Source: an uncultured Clostridium sp. (GTDB lineage: Bacteria; Bacillota; Clostridia; Clostridiales; Clostridiaceae). Taken from it: a stretch of 64,000 bases of DNA. The stretch spans positions 113 to 64,112 of the forward strand of contig CAZPRO010000001.1 in NCBI GenBank assembly GCA_964588775.1. Reading direction: 5' to 3'. A program made the position numbers and the translations under genes. The notes under the pieces were generated by a model. It was not told where the DNA came from. It searched no databases and worked only from the letters and a program-made list of their open reading frames with translations. Below, piece after piece: positions 61,227-64,000 of this stretch (within the stretch, counting starts at the first letter, position 1; each line of letters opens with the position of its first letter).

Positions 61227-62534
61227 CTATTTTACCAACATTTTTCTAAGTATTTTTCGCATATCACCAATCATATATAAAGATCCGCTAATAATTATAA
61301 GATCATCTTTATCAGCTTCTTTATAAACTTTTAAAAACGCTTCTTCATAATCTTCAAAGGCCTCACAATTTGAATTGACTTTTAATATTTCCCTTTTCAA
61401 ATCTTCTGCAAGTTCTGCCCTTTCGCTATGTGGTGTTAAAGCAAATACCTTTTTTGCCTTAGGCGTAATTACTTCTATCATTTCATTAACCTGTTTATCA
61501 GCCAATATTCCTAACATAAGATACATATTTTTATATTGAAAATACTCATCTATTGTGCTGCTTAAAGATTTTATCCCACCAATGTTGTGGGCTCCATCTA
61601 TGACAACAAGAGGAGATTTTTTAATTATTTCCAGCCTTCCCTTCCATTCCACATCTTCTAGGGACTTTTCAATACATTCTTTGTCTATATGTATATTTTC
61701 TTTTGAGAGCAATACTTCTACTGTATTTATTGCAACTGCCAAATTAAGTATTTGATACTTCCCTAAAAGAGGAAGTTTTATATTATATGTATTGTAATTT
61801 CCTTTAACTTCAATTAACTGATAGTTATTTTCTTTATCTATAACCAAAAGCCTTGCATCTTCTCTTTTTACAATACATGCTTCTGCGTTCATTTCTTCAG
61901 CTTTTTTTAATATGATTTTTTCTATATTTTCCTCATTAGGATATAAAACAACACTCTTATTCTCTTTTATTATTCCTGCTTTTTGGTTTGTAATTTCTTC
62001 TATTGTATTTCCAAGAATATTCATATGATCCATACTTATTGAAGTAATTACACTAACTACAGGAGTAAGTACATTGGTAGAATCCATAGTACCTCCAAGA
62101 CCTACTTCTACTACTGCATAATCAACTTCTTCCTTATAAAAATATAAAAACATAAGTGCTGTCAATATTTCAAACTCTGTAGGGTGATCATATTTTTCCA
62201 AAACCACTACTTTTACAGCTTTTTTTACTTCTTCTAGAAGCATAACAAATACATCTTTTCTTATATTCTCCCCATTTATTTGAATTCTCTCTTCAAATAC
62301 TTCAAGATATGGTGATGTATACATTCCAACCTTATAACCGCATCCTCTTAACATTTTAGTAATCATTGCCGTTGTTGAACCTTTCCCATTTGTACCAGCA
62401 ACATGTACTATTTTTAACTTATCCTGAGGATTACCTAATATATCCAACAATCTATAGGTTCTTTTTAAACCATAATTAGAACCAAAACGTCCTACATTCT
62501 CTATATATTCCATTGCTTCTTCATATGTCATCAT
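61227..62534 (-). CDS. folC: folylpolyglutamate synthase / dihydrofolate synthase
   Basis: P-loop HVAGTNGKGST and Mur-ligase-like middle and C-terminal domains. 435 aa. Confidence 0.9.
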   Translation of the reverse strand: MMTYEEAMEYIENVGRFGSNYGLKRTYRLLDILGNPQDKLKIVHVAGTNGKGSTTAMITKMLRGCGYKVGMYTSPYLEVFEERIQINGENIRKDVFVMLLEEVKKAVKVVVLEKYDHPTEFEILTALMFLYFYKEEVDYAVVEVGLGGTMDSTNVLTPVVSVITSISMDHMNILGNTIEEITNQKAGIIKENKSVVLYPNEENIEKIILKKAEEMNAEACIVKREDARLLVIDKENNYQLIEVKGNYNTYNIKLPLLGKYQILNLAVAINTVEVLLSKENIHIDKECIEKSLEDVEWKGRLEIIKKSPLVVIDGAHNIGGIKSLSSTIDEYFQYKNMYLMLGILADKQVNEMIEVITPKAKKVFALTPHSERAELAEDLKREILKVNSNCEAFEDYEEAFLKVYKEADKDDLIIISGSLYMIGDMRKILRKMLVK

Positions 62535-62718
62535 TTTACTAACCTCTTTTACTTATTCTGTTTATCTAATTTTATAATACTTGTTTTAAATGTTCAACTT
62601 CCACTATTATTATCTAATTGAATTTATATGTATCGATTTTGATATTTTAAAATCTGTAGGCACTGTTAAAGCTACAACACCTACAAATAGAAAAACTGCA
62701 AAATAAACAGTACCTATT

Positions 62719-63561
62719 TTAATAAATATGCTTTTTATTTTCCTCCCTTAATAAGGAAAAGAGAATGCTGCTTAACAAAGTAATAAGTATAAATAATACT
62801 GAATTAGTTACTGATATGTGAATGTCAAATAAAATTACTATAAGCTTTACTCCTGTAAACATAAGAATAATTCCTACACCATATTTCATGTATTTAAACA
62901 TTTGATTCATTTCTTCTAAAATATAATACATACTTCTTAATCCTAAAACTGCAAAGATATTAGATGTATACACTATAAATGTATCAGTTGTAATAGAAAA
63001 AATAGCTGGTATGGAATCTATTGCAAATATTATATCACTAAACTCTATTATAAGAAGTACTGCAAAAAGAGGTGTGGCATAAAGTATTTTATTCTTTTTT
63101 ACAAAAAAGCGATTATTATCAATAGTATTTGTTACAGGCATAATCTTCCTTAAAAGTTTTACTGGAAAATTTTCATGAAATGAAATCCTTTCTTTTCTTT
63201 TTAATATCATCTTCAGCCCGCTATATATTAATATTAAACCAAATATAGATAGTACAAATTCAAATCTGCTTATTATTTTTACTCCCAATAAAATAAATAT
63301 AAATCTAAGTATCATTGCCCCCAGCACTCCATATAAAAGAACTCTTTCCTGATATTCTTTTTTTACACTGTAATTAGTAAAAATCATTAAAAATAAAAAA
63401 AGATTATCAAGGCTTAAAGACATTTCTACAATGTAGCCTCCAAAATATTCTACAGCACTTCTTTCTCCTCTTGATATAAATATATATATATTAAATATTA
63501 TTGAAAGACTTATCCAAAATATAAGCATAAACAGATTCTTTTTAGAAGTTTTATTTTTCAT
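62719..63561 (-). CDS. TerC-family integral membrane protein
   Basis: Polytopic, 280 aa. FAIDSIPAIFSIT and FAVLGLRSMYY motifs are typical of TerC/Alx. Confidence 0.75.
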   Translation of the reverse strand: MKNKTSKKNLFMLIFWISLSIIFNIYIFISRGERSAVEYFGGYIVEMSLSLDNLFLFLMIFTNYSVKKEYQERVLLYGVLGAMILRFIFILLGVKIISRFEFVLSIFGLILIYSGLKMILKRKERISFHENFPVKLLRKIMPVTNTIDNNRFFVKKNKILYATPLFAVLLIIEFSDIIFAIDSIPAIFSITTDTFIVYTSNIFAVLGLRSMYYILEEMNQMFKYMKYGVGIILMFTGVKLIVILFDIHISVTNSVLFILITLLSSILFSLLREENKKHIY

Positions 63562-63700
63562 AATTTCTCCTTATAATAAATAAAGACTACATAATTAATA
63601 TATTATTAATATGTAATCTTTATTACTATAAGTTGAATACATTCCAAATTATATTTCTTTAATATTCATGATACATTTTATCATTATAATTATAAGTTTA

Positions 63701-64000
63701 CTAATTTAAAGCTTCAATTCTAACTTTAACAGCTTGAAGCATTTCTGCATACTTAATTCTCTTTTCTTTTTCACCATTAACGACAGCTTCTGGTGCTTTA
63801 GCTACAAATCCTGCATTTCCTAGTTTTTTATCAATTCTTTCAATTTCACCTTCAAGCTTCTTAACTTCCTTATTTAATCTTTCAAGTTCTTTTTCTCTAT
63901 CAACTAAATCAAGAAGAGGCATAAATAACTCTCCGCCTTTAACTACTAGTGAAACTGCATTGGCAGGAACAAACGCTTTATCTTCTATAAATTCAACTTC
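63701..64000 (-). CDS. valS: valine--tRNA ligase, C-terminal fragment (gene continues beyond right edge)
   Basis: The frame is open to position 64000. The C-terminal coiled coil with KLGNAGFVAKAPEAVVNGEKEK is characteristic of ValS. The Met at 63922 in the ORF track is internal. Confidence 0.85.
   Translation of the reverse strand, partial: EVEFIEDKAFVPANAVSLVVKGGELFMPLLDLVDREKELERLNKEVKKLEGEIERIDKKLGNAGFVAKAPEAVVNGEKEKRIKYAEMLQAVKVRIEALN

Noticed and set aside
63562-63700. Looked for a yybP-ykoY (Mn2+) riboswitch upstream of the TerC-family gene, a known association.
   Set aside because: The 139-nt spacer is almost pure A/T and lacks the conserved GGGGAGUAG-type core. It contains only an imperfect AT-rich hairpin (about 63575-63625) that is better explained as the valS terminator.
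1-64000. Scanned for CRISPR arrays, rRNA and tRNA genes, and large tandem or dispersed repeats.
   Set aside because: I saw no regularly spaced direct repeats, no GC-rich structured RNA-gene-like islands and no tRNA-like cloverleaf candidates in the intergenic regions. An eye scan cannot exclude small ncRNAs.

Overview
AT-rich chromosomal segment that looks like an endospore-forming Firmicute of the class Clostridia. All calls come from reading the ORF translations and the DNA by eye; no searches were run. I count about 60 protein genes, most on the minus strand. I saw no rRNA, tRNA, CRISPR array, transposase or integrase. Positions 1-18 kb hold the classic sporulation/housekeeping synteny block on the minus strand: spo0A, spoIVB, recN, argR, nadK, tlyA-like, dxs, ispA, xseB, xseA, folD, nusB, asp23-like and spoIIIAH to spoIIIAA. 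That synteny stops at about 18.0 kb. The most unusual feature follows at 18.09-24.79 kb: a tightly packed four-gene minus-strand operon. It encodes three paralogous dynamin-like GTPases (592, 591 and about 821-825 aa) and a 211-aa acidic coiled-coil protein, closed by a 19-bp perfect hairpin terminator. The rest is a housekeeping/accessory mosaic:
- aroG-type DAHP synthase and prs.
- A two-gene SufC/SufBD-like minimal Fe-S module.
- Histidine phosphatase, NUDIX hydrolase, and queT with a long structured leader.
- A chemoreceptor, two MBL-fold hydrolases, dus and a carD-family gene.
- Two overlapping Csp-type germination subtilases with degenerate catalytic triads.
- A cupin/AraC/MBL group and a HAD hydrolase.
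- A 1409-aa fused CoA-enzyme activase-like protein.
- hslO, a methyltransferase and an SspF-like SASP.
- An acetylase-branch lysine cluster (dapA, dapB, aminotransferase, dapH) interrupted by an XRE/membrane-protein cassette.
- A tandem-OB SSB-like protein, a PdaB-like deacetylase, and DUF4364, beta-propeller and TSCPD proteins.
- A 650-aa orphan with a possible HIRAN-like C-terminus, then folC, terC and the 3' end of valS.
Several start codons in the ORF track were moved to downstream ATG/GTG/TTG codons with better Shine-Dalgarno support.
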